Part shown: piece after piece, positions 49,716 to 61,729 of the stretch
How the letters are laid out: each line of letters opens with the position of its first letter
Numbering within the stretch: position 1 is the first letter of the stretch
Assembly: GCF_036321535.1 (NCBI RefSeq)
Contig: NC_087439.1
Location: 12,834,001-12,898,000 of the forward strand
Length of the DNA: 64,000 nucleotides
DNA from: Camelus dromedarius
Lineage: Eukaryota
Reading direction: 5' to 3'
Position numbers and translations under genes: made by a program
The notes under the pieces: generated by a model
What the model was told of the DNA's origin: nothing
Databases searched by the model: none
Seen by the model: the letters and a program-made list of their open reading frames with translations, nothing else

Positions 49716-50859
49716 TGCCTAAGAATATTAAAAATAAAGAATTATTTATCTTAAATAACTTTGGACCCAGAAAATGAGGGGGTAAGTCATAGAAGTACAT
49801 TTGCCTGCAAGAAACATGTACTTTCTTTTTTTTGACTCCCCCGAGGGAAAGGATTGAATTTATGGATATTCATCTTGATTATTTTTTTTCCACAAATGAG
49901 AATAGGTCACATACGATAAAAGACTTAAGTCTGTTACAAAGCATGCCACGCTGAGCAGCTTGCCTTCCTTTCTCTGTTCCTTTCTCTCTCATTCCTCCTT
50001 GCCTTTTCCTTTTTGGAAGCCTTGAGCTCTTCTACTGTCCCCTGGCTATGGGGCTGTCTAAGCTGGAGTACCCAAAAGACAACGCTGCAAGGCCCATCAT
50101 GTGCTTATCTCTCGTCTCATCAATATTTGCCAGATTTATCTCCTACCTCAGAGTCCCTTGCTCTTTGCTGGGTTTAATCCCATAAACTACTGTAATTGAC
50201 CATGGTAATCATTATCAATTAGAAAGTCTCTCTATTTTGTTATCTTCTGCACATGGAAAATATCCCTGATGCTTTAATGCAAAGGAAGGTGTGGTGGAGG
50301 CTGTGGAGCAAAATCCAGATCCCCTCTTCTGCACAGAGACCCTCCCTCCCCTGGCTGCTCAGTGTTGGCTGCTGATGACTTACAGGGCATCCTGCTCTAA
50401 GAATCACAGGGTTACCTTGCCCAAATGTGCACACCAACCATATTCAGTGACCAGTGATGCAGGAGTACATAGGCCAGTCCCCCTTGTCACCTTTGGGGAC
50501 AACCCTGAAAGGTGCTCCTAGCTGTGGATCTCCCTGTGGGCTTGGCTGAGCTGGGTGTTACTGACGCCCGTAGCTCAGCTTATCTGCTCAACTGGCTTCC
50601 GCCACTTCCTCAGAGGTTTTGTGGCTGAGCTGCCCTTCTCCAGGAAACTGTTCTCTGCAGTTTCTTGGTACGAGAAGTGATCCAAGGAAGTGGTCTCTCA
50701 AATGAGATTTTGGAACTGTCTGGCAAGGAGGACCCCATGGTCAGTAGTAGGTACCATCATCAAAACTGGGGTGGGATGTCGGTAGAAGGGAATGCACTAG
50801 CTGGTGTACTATTCACATGCTTGGAAGGTAGAGGGGAGGTAGTGAATGGAAAGAATATG

Positions 50860-52125
50860 GAATCAGATAGTTGTTGCTAAGTACTATCAGGGCACTGGAG
50901 AAAGACAAAAAAAAAAAAAAAGGATGAAGGTGATTAATTACCAATTTAGGAAAAACTGATGATGTTGGATGGTGTGCACATTTGGGTAAGGTAGCCCCAT
51001 GATTCTTGGAGTCATCAGTGTCAGTGAGAAAACCTCTTTGGTGGCATAAAAGAAACGCTAAGTCTTTCACAGCTGGAGAGCAGAGAAAGTGGAGGCTCAG
51101 ATTCAGGGTCGTGGAAGTTGCGAGAAGGTTAAATTCTAAGCCTCGTGAAATCTTCTATACCAAAATCAGGACCCTGGTTTGGATCCAATGGGACTGTTAA
51201 ATCTTGAGACGACGACATCTGTGTCAGTGCATTCAAGAAATTTGAAACTGTCCCTCTCTTTGCACTCCTTCCTTTGAAAATCTGGTCTCCTCTTCCATGC
51301 TCGAAGACAATGCCGAGACCTCTGCCTGCAAGATACCACGTACTGAGCTTCTGATGAAATTTTACTCCCCCTTCTTGGCCACCATACCCGTAAATATTGT
51401 CAAATCGTGACATAACTTGGCCAGTGAGGTGCTGGGTCTGTTCAGGGAAAAAACAGACTCTATGCCAAAGGCACTGCAGGACCTCGCCATTACATACCTG
51501 CAGAGCTGGGATAGCATTCGTCGGATTGCTCCTGAGGGTGCTGAATCAACGGGTGATGCAACAAAAAGTTGGATAAGGGAGAATTGATGAAAATGGGAGC
51601 ACTCTCCGGTGATACAGGATTTAACTCTCCCATGATACAGAAAAGAACCCTGGGGGACTGTGCTAACAAGCTGCTGGAATGACTCTTGGAAGCTTAGAGA
51701 AAGCAATGGGAAGTAGAAACACTGCAGCTGCTGTGGCAGACAATAGAAGAAAGGCTCAAAAGTCTCAGAAAAAAAGAGCATGTTAGTGTGGATATGCTGC
51801 GAAAAGGAAGAAAGCTGACTGTTCTTCAGGAAAGCCTGCAGGCCACTTCGTTTACCAAAGCAATTAGGGATGCCCTGGTGAGAGGGGACCCAGCAGTACC
51901 GAGGTTAGTCCAGGGCTGACGGTAGAAGGTGCTGTTATAGAACCACACTCCCTGATTGCGATGGAGATGGCCAGATCCTGAAATAATAGAGGCTGGGCGG
52001 TGACAATCAGAAGCAAAAATGGGTAAAATTGTGATGAGTGGCAAGGTGGAATAGCAACCTGGGGCACAACCCACAGAAAGTTCTAGAGATAGTCAATAGA
52101 GCATGGTGTCCCTAGGGGCAAGAAG
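50860..52125 (+). pseudogene. gag: ERV-L gag remnant (stops and frameshifts)
   Basis: Peptides RAEKVEAQIQG / RVVEVARRLNSKPREIFYTKIRTLV, SFTKAIRDALVRGDPA (51848-51895), PGLTVEGAVIE, IEHGVPRGK resemble ERV-L Gag. Confidence 0.85.
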
Positions 52126-52169
52126 TATAAGCTGAAAATGAACTAATGCTACATTTATGCCCCATTCAA

Positions 52170-53400
52170 GGCTTTCCTTATGAGACAACAGCAATGGGAA
52201 AACTTTTCAGGGGCAAAGATTTGGGTGCTGTAATCAATTGTCCACTTTGTTTGGAAATAGAATTGGCCCTAGGTAAGAACATACATAAACTCACAGACAT
52301 TGGTGAATGTCTTGGCTGATTGGTAAGGGGTCTGGAATGAGAAATATTAAAAGATTTGGGGCATGGAATTGTGTAAATGGACATAGAGGAGTGGGCACAG
52401 AGGGTGATCTTTGTAAGCCAAGTTAATGCCCATCAGTGAGCATCCACCATGGGGAAAGCACTAAATAGTCAAAGAGAGAGATAGTCTTGGCCAGTTACAT
52501 CAGCCAGTCTCGGTCATCAACCACTCAAATGTAGGTGCAATGGGCTCACAAATGAGTGCCCCGATGGTAGGGATGGAATTTACGCATAAGGCCAGCAGCG
52601 TGGGTTTCCTCTTACCAAGGCTGATATAATTGTGCTGCAGCAAAGTGTTCAAACTTCCTGTAACAGAGACAAGTCCTGAGCCCCTGCAGTGACACCATCC
52701 CTTGAGGAGAACAGCCAGCCATTTTGTGGTATATTGATTACCCTGGAGTCCTTCCACATTTGAAGGACTGTGATTTGTCTTGGGTGAGGTCAAAGAACAT
52801 TCCAGATATGATTTTTCTTTCCCTGTACCCAGTGCCTCAGCCAGCACTAGTATCCAAGGATTTACAGGGTGTAATTCATTGACAAGGGATTTTGTGTAAT
52901 ATCCAAAATGAAGGGACCCACAGTAAAGGAGGTGAGGCAGTGAGCACGTGATCATGAGATCCTCTGGCCGTATCTTGTAGAAAACCACCCAGACACTGCT
53001 TGATGGAACGATGAAATGGCTTTTGGAAGGGGCAGCTGTCACATCAGCTTGGTGGATGCAGTATTCACTCTAAATCAGCAACTGTTGGTTAGATATATTA
53101 CAAGGGTCTGAGAAACAAGGGGTAGAAAGAAGTAAGAGTGGTGACCCATTTGGGGAATTTGTGCTTCCTGTCTCCTCACTTTATTCTGTAAGTCTAGAGG
53201 ACTTTATTCTGAGAGAAAGAATGCCTCTATCAGGGGATACAATAAGAGTCCATTAATGTTTGGTCTGCTGTTGCTACCAACCTACTTTGGGCTGCTCATG
53301 TCAAGAGGCCAGCAGGAGGAGTCACTAGCTGGCAGGAATCATTGATCCTGTTGCTTTATGATAGGGACAGGGAATTAGATTGTCACCCAGGTGATCCACT
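52170..53400 (+). pseudogene. pol: ERV-L pol remnant: RNase H C-terminus, integrase, then dUTPase
   Basis: VHFVWK*NWP*VRTY; IFVSQVNAHQ*AST; QWAH...DGRDGIYA*GQQRGFPLTKAD; TIP*GEQPA; FSFPVPSASASTSIQGFTGC; DPFGEFVLPV (53143); YFGLLMSRGQQ; AGIIDP (53332-53349). Confidence 0.88.
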
Positions 53401-54569
53401 GTGCCACTGTTTGTGGGGGGGTCCTCTTGATAATCTCTCACCCAACATGACATAAATGGTCATGTGCAGAGCTTGAGGAGGGTGTTGTGATTAGGAGATC
53501 AGACCTCTCAGGATGAGGGTCTCAGTCATTCCACTATGTAAGCCATCCAAACTGATGGGGATGGAAATCTAGGGTGAGTAGTAGAAAAGAGAGGCAATGA
53601 GTATCACTTGTGGTCTGGAGAACACGCATAGCAGCAGGAGATACTGTTCATCCCACAGACCTTCCACCTGACGTTTACCCAGGAAACAAGCCCACCATGG
53701 GTCCTGGAGCTATGCCTAAGTGGGAGCCTAAGTGGGAATGGCTGCAAGATGGATGAAGCAAGTAGATCCAGAAATACTGATGCAGTGGAAGCTACACTAC
53801 GCTGGCACCACCTCCCCACCTCACCCCACTCCACCCTCTGCTTATGATGGACACACTCATCCCTCAGCTACTGAGAATATCAGCTGTTGATGACTCTAAG
53901 CTACATCCGTCTCCTGGCATTGTCTTCATTGTCTTTGAGGCTGACTCAGCCAAGTTCACGGCCCTTGCAGGGGGCTGTCTGCATCTAATATTGGCTGATG
54001 CTGGGGCATAAAGGTCCAGCTTCCTTAGCTCAACTGGGGGCAACTCTGAAGGGCTACACAGCTCCATAGCTTCCTGTAAAAGCAGCAGAGACCTCTCTCA
54101 AAATTGCACTGTGGTTCAACTCCTCCCTTTATCCCTAACATCTTACTCCCTTGCATCTATTATTCTTGAATATACTCCCCACAAAACTCCTCCATACAAA
54201 TCTTTACCTCAAAATCTGTTTCCTGGGACTTGAGCTAAGGCAGAGTGACAGGAATATTTTGAGAACAAGTAGAAGTTTCCTTCAAATCTCACCATATATG
54301 TAGGTGGTGGCTCTTCATTGCCTTAAACAGGGTGGGCTCTTCCTTAAGAAGACGTTTTTCTTGGGAGAATGGAGATGGAGTTCTAGGAGAGAAGACACCT
54401 CAGTAGATACGACTCAGCAAATGGACATTGTCGTGATGATTATTATGTTTACTTTGTGTCACTAATCAACTTGAAATGGTGTAAGAATTATGTTTATTTT
54501 AACAAAATTAATGACATGCTTTGAATCAATTAATATTAATTCTAACTCCTAGTTTACATATAAGTTGGT

Positions 54570-54728
54570 GAGAAATCATGATAACATAAAAAGAACTTGA
54601 CGTTGGAATCAGAGAAGCCAGGATTTAAGTTCCAAGTGGCCATTTACAAAATATGTCTTATACAAAGATCTTTTCCGGCCTTTGGTTTTGTTAATCTCTA
54701 AAAAGGAAATAATACTTACATCATGGTT

Positions 54729-54777
<49 letters not shown>

Positions 54778-54830
54778 GAGAATTAAAGAAGATAATGTCT
54801 ACAGAATCTCTAGGTCTGTAGCCTTTAAGC
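54570..54830 (+). mobile_element. MIR containing (TTG)16 at 54729-54776
   Basis: ttggaatcagagaagccaggatttaagttccaag...catggttt(tg)...tgagaattaaagaagataatg. Confidence 0.75.
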
Positions 54831-54849
54831 ATGACACATGGGCTCATCC

Positions 54850-54995
54850 TTTTGCTCAACATCTATTCAGCACAAATCTTTGTTAAGCAACAAACATGTA
54901 TTTTGTGCCAGGCCCTATGTCAGGTGCTTGGGGTAGACAAATGGCCAAGCGCAGGTCCTGTTTTGGAGGAGTTCACACTTTAGGGTAGGGGGCAT
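54850..54995 (-). mobile_element. L2 3' end
   Basis: ctattcagcacaaat...gtgccaggccctatgtcaggtgcttgggg...ggaggagttcacactttag. Confidence 0.7.
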
Positions 54996-55027
54996 ATACA
55001 TAAAGATGACAGAGCTGCAGTAAAGAT

Positions 55028-55388
55028 TGTCTTGGCCCGTTAGGGCTGCTGTCATAGAATGCCATAGACTGAATGACTTACAAACAACAATTTATTTCTC
55101 ACAATTCTGGAGGCTGGGAAGGCCAAAATCAGGGGCAGCAGCAGATTCAATGTCTGGTGACATCCCACTTACCGTTTCATAGACAACTGTCTTCTTGCAC
55201 TGTCCCCATGTGGCAGAAGAGAGAAGAGAGCTCTCTAGGGTCTCTTTTACAAGGACGCTACTCCCCGTCCTGAGGCTCCACCTTCATAACCTAATCACCC
55301 CCTATGACTCTACCTCCAAAACCATCGCATAAGAGGTTAGATTTCAACATGTGAATTTGGGGGAGACACTGACATTCAGTCTATGGCA
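55028..55388 (-). mobile_element. MaLR LTR MLT1A/B-like, near full length
   Basis: tgtcttggcccgttagggctgctgtcatagaatgccatagactg...atttatttctcacaattctggaggctgg...tttcaacatgtgaatttggggg. Confidence 0.9.
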
Positions 55389-55769
55389 TCTTGTACAACT
55401 TGATGGTAATGCTCTAGGTCTTCCGATGATTTTTTTTTGAAGTAGGCGGGGCTGGATTAAAGGTGTAGTATTCTGATGGGTTTCCAGGGAGTCCATCTGT
55501 GAGGAATTAAAACATCCCTGGGTGGGATGGAGAAGATTGCACTTCCTGGAACTTCTCCTGGGGAGAGTGAGTTTCACATGCTTGGGGCCAGAGCTGTTGC
55601 TGGAGTTGATGATGGAGAGTGTGAGCATTGCTACCCTAGTCCTCCTCTTCTGCGCTTCTGCTTCACGGTGGTCTCCAGCCCCTCCTCTCATCATGCCTTG
55701 GACAAACATTAAAAAAATATCGCTTTAAGGAGCATCTATTCATAAGCCTGTTTTAATCCAGCCATTGCA

Positions 55770-55880
55770 TCATCAGTTTTAGTAAAGAAACTGAGGCTTA
55801 GAAAGAGTCAAGTTTACATCTGGTGTGTAAATGGCAGACAGAACCATTCTAGGGACTTAACCCTTTCAGACCCCAGCTCG
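55770..55880 (-). mobile_element. MIR fragment
   Basis: agtaaagaaactgaggcttagaaag. Confidence 0.65.
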
Positions 55881-57257
55881 TTTTATCATGCCCTCCCTCA
55901 ACTCTAAGACACTGGCAAAAAATTGAGGCATGCGACAGTGATATAAGCTCTCAGCATACATTATTTTTAAAAAACAACCTTTGTAGTGGTCATTTTGCTG
56001 TCATGGTTGCCCCAATCAATGAGATGGATATAAGGTCTCGGGGCTGCAGCTGTTTGTCTGATCATTTAACCTTTGGAAGCAGATCTTATTAAAGTGTTCC
56101 TGTTGCTGAAAATGAATTACAAAGCTTTCCCTTTTCTGTAGGAAATAAGAGTGCCCAGACGAGATTACATGGCTTCCTATGATATCTAAATAAGATTAGT
56201 TTGCTGAAGATCACATTAAAATCCCATTAAAGAGCCGGTTCCGCTCCAGCCCCCCTTCTCCTCAGGCAAGTTCTGAGCGAGTTGATGAAAATTGCTCAGG
56301 GATGACACACAGGCATTGAGCACCCTGTGGAGACGTGGGGGTGGGAGTGGAAATAGTCCCCGTTCATCGCAGGAATCGGATCTGTGTACATGGCCCATTA
56401 CTTAGAGATGACAGTTCCTGACTCTAAGAAGGGAAGACTTTAGGGAGGAAATGGTAATAAGATGAACGGATCAAGGGATGAAGGCATTGAGGTCATCCCT
56501 AGAGAGGAGCCAGGAAATCATTAATTCTCTCTCTCTGTCTCTTTTTTTTTTTTTTTTTTTTTTTTTGTCACAAGGATAATCACATCATCGATGCCTAAGT
56601 ATTTATATGGCCTTCCCTCAAGCCTGCTTCCGAGGAGAAAGGATACTTTGGTCCCAGGAGGCTGCCAAGCTTGGAGTTTTGTTGTGCTGCTCTGAGTAAT
56701 CAGTGTAATTTTGGATTGGGGCCTGGCAGAGTTAAACTGATTTTCGTTAGGAAGAAATAGGGGCCACTCCTGCAGTGCCCAAACAGGAATTTTGAGAGAG
56801 CAAAGGAGAAGCCAGGGGAGAGAAAAAGAAAGGGGATTGAGAGGGGCTATGGTGACAGCTGCGCCATGGAGAAGTCAGGCAAGTGGTGAGCTCGGCTATG
56901 CAGTCACCCTCATCATCCCCTCAAGGGTCTTCTTTGAAGATCTGAAGTGCTTTTGATAATTTTTTGGATGTAGAACTGAGATTTTTGTGAACGGCTGTGT
57001 TGTGCTCTGAAAATGGCCATATTGCATTTGCTCATTAATTTGATTACTAAATTTCCTTGAGTGCTAATGTCTATTAGAGACATAAAGAGGATGGGTAGAG
57101 AGCCCCCTGCTTGTGGAGCCGGCTGGCGCTGCCCTAAAGTCATAAAGCCCCCACTCCAGTGCTCTCCCTGTGCCTGGCCTGGAGCGGACTAGCACCTTTA
57201 ACCCTCACACCCCACTTCCTCCTATGCCTGCATTTCTTTAAGATAAAAAACATCTTT

Positions 57258-57404
57258 GGAGGGGAGGGTATAGCTCAAGTGGTAGAGCGCATGTTTAACA
57301 TGCATGAGGTCCTGGGTTCAATCCCCAGCACCTCCTCTAAAAATAAATAAACCTAATTACCTCCCCGCCCCCCCCAAATAAAATAATCAAATAATAAAAT
57401 AATA
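57258..57404 (+). mobile_element. Camelid tRNA-Ala-derived SINE (Vic-1 type) with perfect 17-bp TSD
   Basis: gggtatagctcaagtggtagagcgc...gggttcaatccccagcacctcc; TSD aagataaaaaacatctt at 57240-57256 and 57405-57421. Confidence 0.95.
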
Positions 57405-57705
57405 AAGATAAAAAACATCTTCCCTTGATGTGTATTTACCATAACAAAACTAACTGCCCCCCAGGAAATAGCTAATCTCACAGTGCCCTAAGAGGACCAG
57501 CCTCACATCCTGCCCTTAGCAGAGTGGGAAATCTCATTACTCAAGTCAACCAGTCAGGTACCTGTGCATGGACTGATCATGCAGCCCCCCTACTCCTTGT
57601 GTGCATAGCCCCTAGCCCCCTAAAAGAGACCCTGCAGGCTCTCCCTCGGTGCTCACACAGGTACCTCTTGTCTGTCTGGCCCCCTGTTGCCTGCAGCTGC
57701 ATATC

Positions 57706-58265
57706 TATTAGAGCAGGCAGGTAGCTAGATATGAACAAAGGGGGACAGGGGCCAAATGGCAGAAAATCATATGTCTCATGAACAATGGGGGTCCTTGGAC
57801 AAACCAAGAGAAACAGGATTCTCCGGACTGATAAGAAAGCATACATTCTGCGTTGACAAGTGTCCTGGAGGCAAAGAAGGGTGGGACAAGACAGGAAACC
57901 CCACCATCTGAATGTAACCTTTTGATCTTTATGATCTCATCAGATTTCCTGATCTAGACTAAATAAGGACAAGAAATTCCTCCTCCCCACTCCCTCCCAC
58001 CCCCAAGAAGGTGGAGCTGGGATGAAGATCAGGAAAGATGACTCCAAACCCCTCCCTGCCAATGAAAATTCTGCCCATTCATTTTTACACCCATATGACC
58101 AGCGTGCCAGAGAAACTCAGGGCAGCCACCCACCTGGGTCTGCCTGCTCTTTCCTTGTGAGCGTACTATCCATTCCTTAATAAATCCTTGCTTTGCTTTC
58201 TTGACCTCCATGTCTTGTTCCTGAATTCTTTCTGTGACAAGACAAGAACCTTCTCGCCGACAACA
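57706..58265 (+). mobile_element. Second ERV1-type solo LTR nested in the first
   Basis: Starts tattagagcaggcaggtagctagatatg; AATAAA 58179-58184; ends gacaaca; 4-bp TSD tatc (57702-57705 / 58266-58269); host sequence resumes after it. Confidence 0.82.
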
Positions 58266-59099
58266 TATCTATTAAACTTTCCCTTTGTTCTTGGCTCCTC
58301 GTGGTCTTTGGCAAATTCTTTTACTGCCTTCACACCAGCCCACCGTCTTGTCCCAGAACACCGCTCAGGGGTTCACAGTCACGTTCTGGGACCATCCTAA
58401 CAAACACATAGTGCTGCAGGCGCTTGAGTGGAAGGCAGCACAGGGAGCAAAGAGGGTGTCCCCTTGATGTGACAATCCGAGACGGCTTCACAGAGGAGTC
58501 CGGGGCCATGACAACTCCGAGGGCTCAATCTGCCCCAGGCTTCCTAAAGCTTATGCTTGGGTGTTTTTGATTGGCTGCCAAAGCACTTCTTCCTGTTTTG
58601 GTTCCTGCTCACATCCTGTGGAGGCTTGATGTTCAAACTTTTTATGACTTTCTCTGCTGATGGGAGATGGTGCATTTTATCAACAAATATAAATAAAAAG
58701 AGACCATCTTTAATATTTAGTGTCCTTTTGCTTGGAGGGCCTTCATGAAAACAGATCTGATAGACTAGCTAGGTCTATCAGAAGACCACGCTCTTCTCCC
58801 ACTTCTCGCAGGTCTCTTTATTAACTCTACCTAGCTTTTTTTTCTTCTTCTTGTTACTAAGACGATAGATGGAACTAGGTTCAGTCAGTTGGAATTCTTT
58901 GTTTCCTTTTATTTTGAAATGAACATAATCTGCATTGTTAAAGAATATACTCTGCATTATTTATTGACACTTCAGGCCATTTATTTTTTATAGCCATATG
59001 AGTACAATTGAATGAAATATAAAATAATAATAGAATGGGTCAATCAAAAACTAGCTCTTTAAAAACATAGATAATTCTTACCAAAAAAAAAAAACAAAA

Positions 59100-59310
59100 C
59101 AAAAACAAAACCTAAAAACCTCAAGCTGCACAAAAATAAAGTAAAATCTGTAAGTAAAAACACCAATTTGCTAATAGCACTTTTTTTCAGGGCAGTGCTA
59201 CCAGTTGGGGTGGAGATTAATTTTATTCTTTATATTTTTCAAAAGTTTCCAAATTTTCTAAAAGTAAACATGTCCTACCACTTTAGTAGTCAGAAAAAAA
59301 AATAAATCTT
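59100..59310 (+). mobile_element. L1ME-like 3'-terminal fragment
   Basis: ttttattctttatatttttc...tttccaaattttctaaaagtaaacatgtcctacc...cagaaaaaaaaataaa. Confidence 0.55.
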
Positions 59311-60995
59311 ATTTATATAAATTTGATACAGAGGTCAACTGGGCAATTCAATGTGTCTGCTCTTATAAGTCTATCTCAAGTCATCAAAAATGTTTAGTAT
59401 TGTTTATTTTTTCACTGGCTATTTTTAAAAAGATGAAAATAAGCCTTCTATCTTTGAAATCTGTGTTCAACTAAGTAACAGTTAATGAGACTGTGGAACA
59501 GGTTTCTCTAGTAGCGGTGGTGGTGGTGACGGTGGGTGTGATGAAAATATTGGCGATGATGACTTTATAGGGCTGCTGATTCCTGCAGAGTCAGGTGAGG
59601 CCAGCTATGAGCTCTATGTCACATGTAAGGAAATAACAATTTAGATGTTTACTCAAACGTACTTCTCTTCCCAAGGTCATCCACCACAGACGGAAATGAA
59701 CCACAACCCAAGTCTTCAGATTTCTAGTTAGTGTCGCTCGCCATCACACCACGCTATTACTGGTTTATTATTGTTAATGCTTCTTTGCCTGCCAGAAACT
59801 ACAGTGATTAGTTTTCAGCATGTTTATTCCAGCCTTTGTAGACTTTCATGCTTTTGTATGCTCATGCATGAACGTGGGTGGTTAGCCCTAGAAAATGAAT
59901 TTCTTTTTCTTTCTTTTCCCTTGAGGGCAGCACGTGGTAGGAGTTTCTTTCTTTTTTAGCTTTGATTTTGATCGCTTCGAATGAAGACTGGGTTTTTGTG
60001 TTTGTTTTTAAGAAAACAGAGGCTTATTTCAATCAGCTCAGTGAAGAGAAAAATTATCCAAAACCATAGTTCTGTGTCATTTCATTGAAACTGCTGTTTG
60101 AACTTTCCATTTTCAACTGATTGCGCTATTGTGTGGACACTGTTTATGTGCAAAACTCTGATCCCATTTGTACTGTCAGGTTGGAGGTAACGCTTGTGTG
60201 ATGTGGGAGGTGAATGCCGTCTGCTCCAGGTCACAAAGGAGCTCTGAACAGGAGGGATAAACATAATCAAATTCATTCAGAGAACTTAAGGTCCCCAGGT
60301 TTTGTTTTTGGAGCACCTGACAAGAGGACTAACACAAAATTAATCAATTTTCTATTTTGGAATTCAATTGAATAAATCCTTGTGGTTTGAGTGACAAAGT
60401 GTAAGCAGTTTAGATGGCGATCTTCACCTTGCTTTATCCTTATTAGAGACTTTGACTTTGGCGAGGATACAAGTCAGGTATCTTCTGCTTTCACTAGTAC
60501 CTCACAGTTGATTAATTCTCTTCATCCTCAATTTTCTTTACTGTGTTTATCTTAAGGCAGATTAACTTTGGTCAGATGTTCTATCCTTCCTGTGCTAAAA
60601 TGGACAAACCATGATTCATTTCCTGCTATTTGTTTTATTTATGAAAATAAGTTTGACCCAGATGTAAATGCATTGTGTGCTTTTGACTTTCTGGGATACT
60701 TTAAACTTCAGCTTCAGAGAAGGGAAAAAAAAAAAAACCAAACTCAGCCAGATTAAATAAGGGCAAATGAATGATAAATAAATACTTTAAATAATGAAAG
60801 TACAAAGGAGTATTTTCTTTGGAATTGAAAAGTAGTCACTTAGCTGACTTCTCTGCCAGTAAGATGACTAACACATTTCTTCCTGCATCTGTAGATGTCA
60901 CTGTTGAGATGCACGGCTGAAATAAGCTGACGGACGTGAATCTGAGACAGAGCTTCCAGGATGGGTTTTATATAGTGCTTTTGACTAACTCTTGT

Positions 60996-61001
<6 letters not shown>

Positions 61002-61037
<36 letters not shown>
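61002..61037. repeat. (TG)18 microsatellite
   Basis: Read directly from the sequence. Confidence 0.97.
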
Positions 61038-61041
<4 letters not shown>

Positions 61042-61729
61042 CACATACACCCACAATTTTTTTTCATATAAGCATAATACTTAAGTCTGATTTCCTGGCA
61101 CAATTAGAACAACTAATTCAACTAATTGAGTGTTCTATTCTTTTGGGGCAAAGAAATCACTTTGGACGATGACTACAAGTGCAGAGTGGACTAAAATGTA
61201 GGAATTATTCCTTAGACTTTGCCTCAAAACTCCTAGATTAGCAGTTTGGAGAAGCTAAATGCTTTCTTGCTTCTTTGTCTCCACTTCCCACTGTCAACCC
61301 AAGCCAGCTGGAAGCTCTGATCTTGTGAGACCTTCTGTGTGCAGGGGTTCACTTCCAGGCAACATGCCTTCCTCATCAGGACACTTATGAGAGAATCAAA
61401 ACAGTGTTTAATGGACATCCCTGATTTTCTGAGAGGAATTCCTAAGTTAGAACCAGGATAAATTTCAACATATTGAGATTCCAAGACTCTAACTTTATAA
61501 GAGTTTCCTTTTTATCTTTTTTGTTCACAAAATTATTTGAGGATTTGGGGAAATCTCTTGTCAGGGTTAACCTTCAGGAAACTGTTAAGCAGTGATCTGT
61601 GTTTTATGCATAAGGAAGTGCTTCTAATTTCCTTATTTTTCCTTCTCACCAATATTTGAGTTAATTAAATTATTAAGCAGTTACTGCTCTTCTGTTACAT
61701 ATGTTTCATTTTTCTGGAGGTTAGTGGTA

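Larger units (their letters stand above)
50290..54242 (+). mobile_element. Two-LTR ERV-L provirus relic (LTR16 / HERV16 / ERV3-16A3-like) with protease and RT deleted
   Basis: 5' LTR ~50290-50660; PBS-like tggtacgagaagtgatcc at ~50667; gag, RNase H, integrase and dUTPase peptides (see sub-features); 3' LTR ~53780-54242 ending ctaaggca. Confidence 0.9.
57112..58402 (+). mobile_element. ERV1 LTR (related to 25304/28491), host of two nested insertions
   Basis: Start tgtggagccggctggcgctgccctaaag; aaaagagaccc...gctcacacaggtacctctt...ggcaaattcttttact parallels the 25304 copy; end ccatcctaaca; termini approximate. Confidence 0.7.

Noticed and set aside
59484-59645. Gly/Asp-rich open frame (SSGGGGDGGCDENIGDDDF...) and C/D-box-like TGATGA...CTGA
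   Set aside because: Arises from GGT/GAT low complexity; no start codon or acceptor; box spacing too short and no terminal stem for a snoRNA
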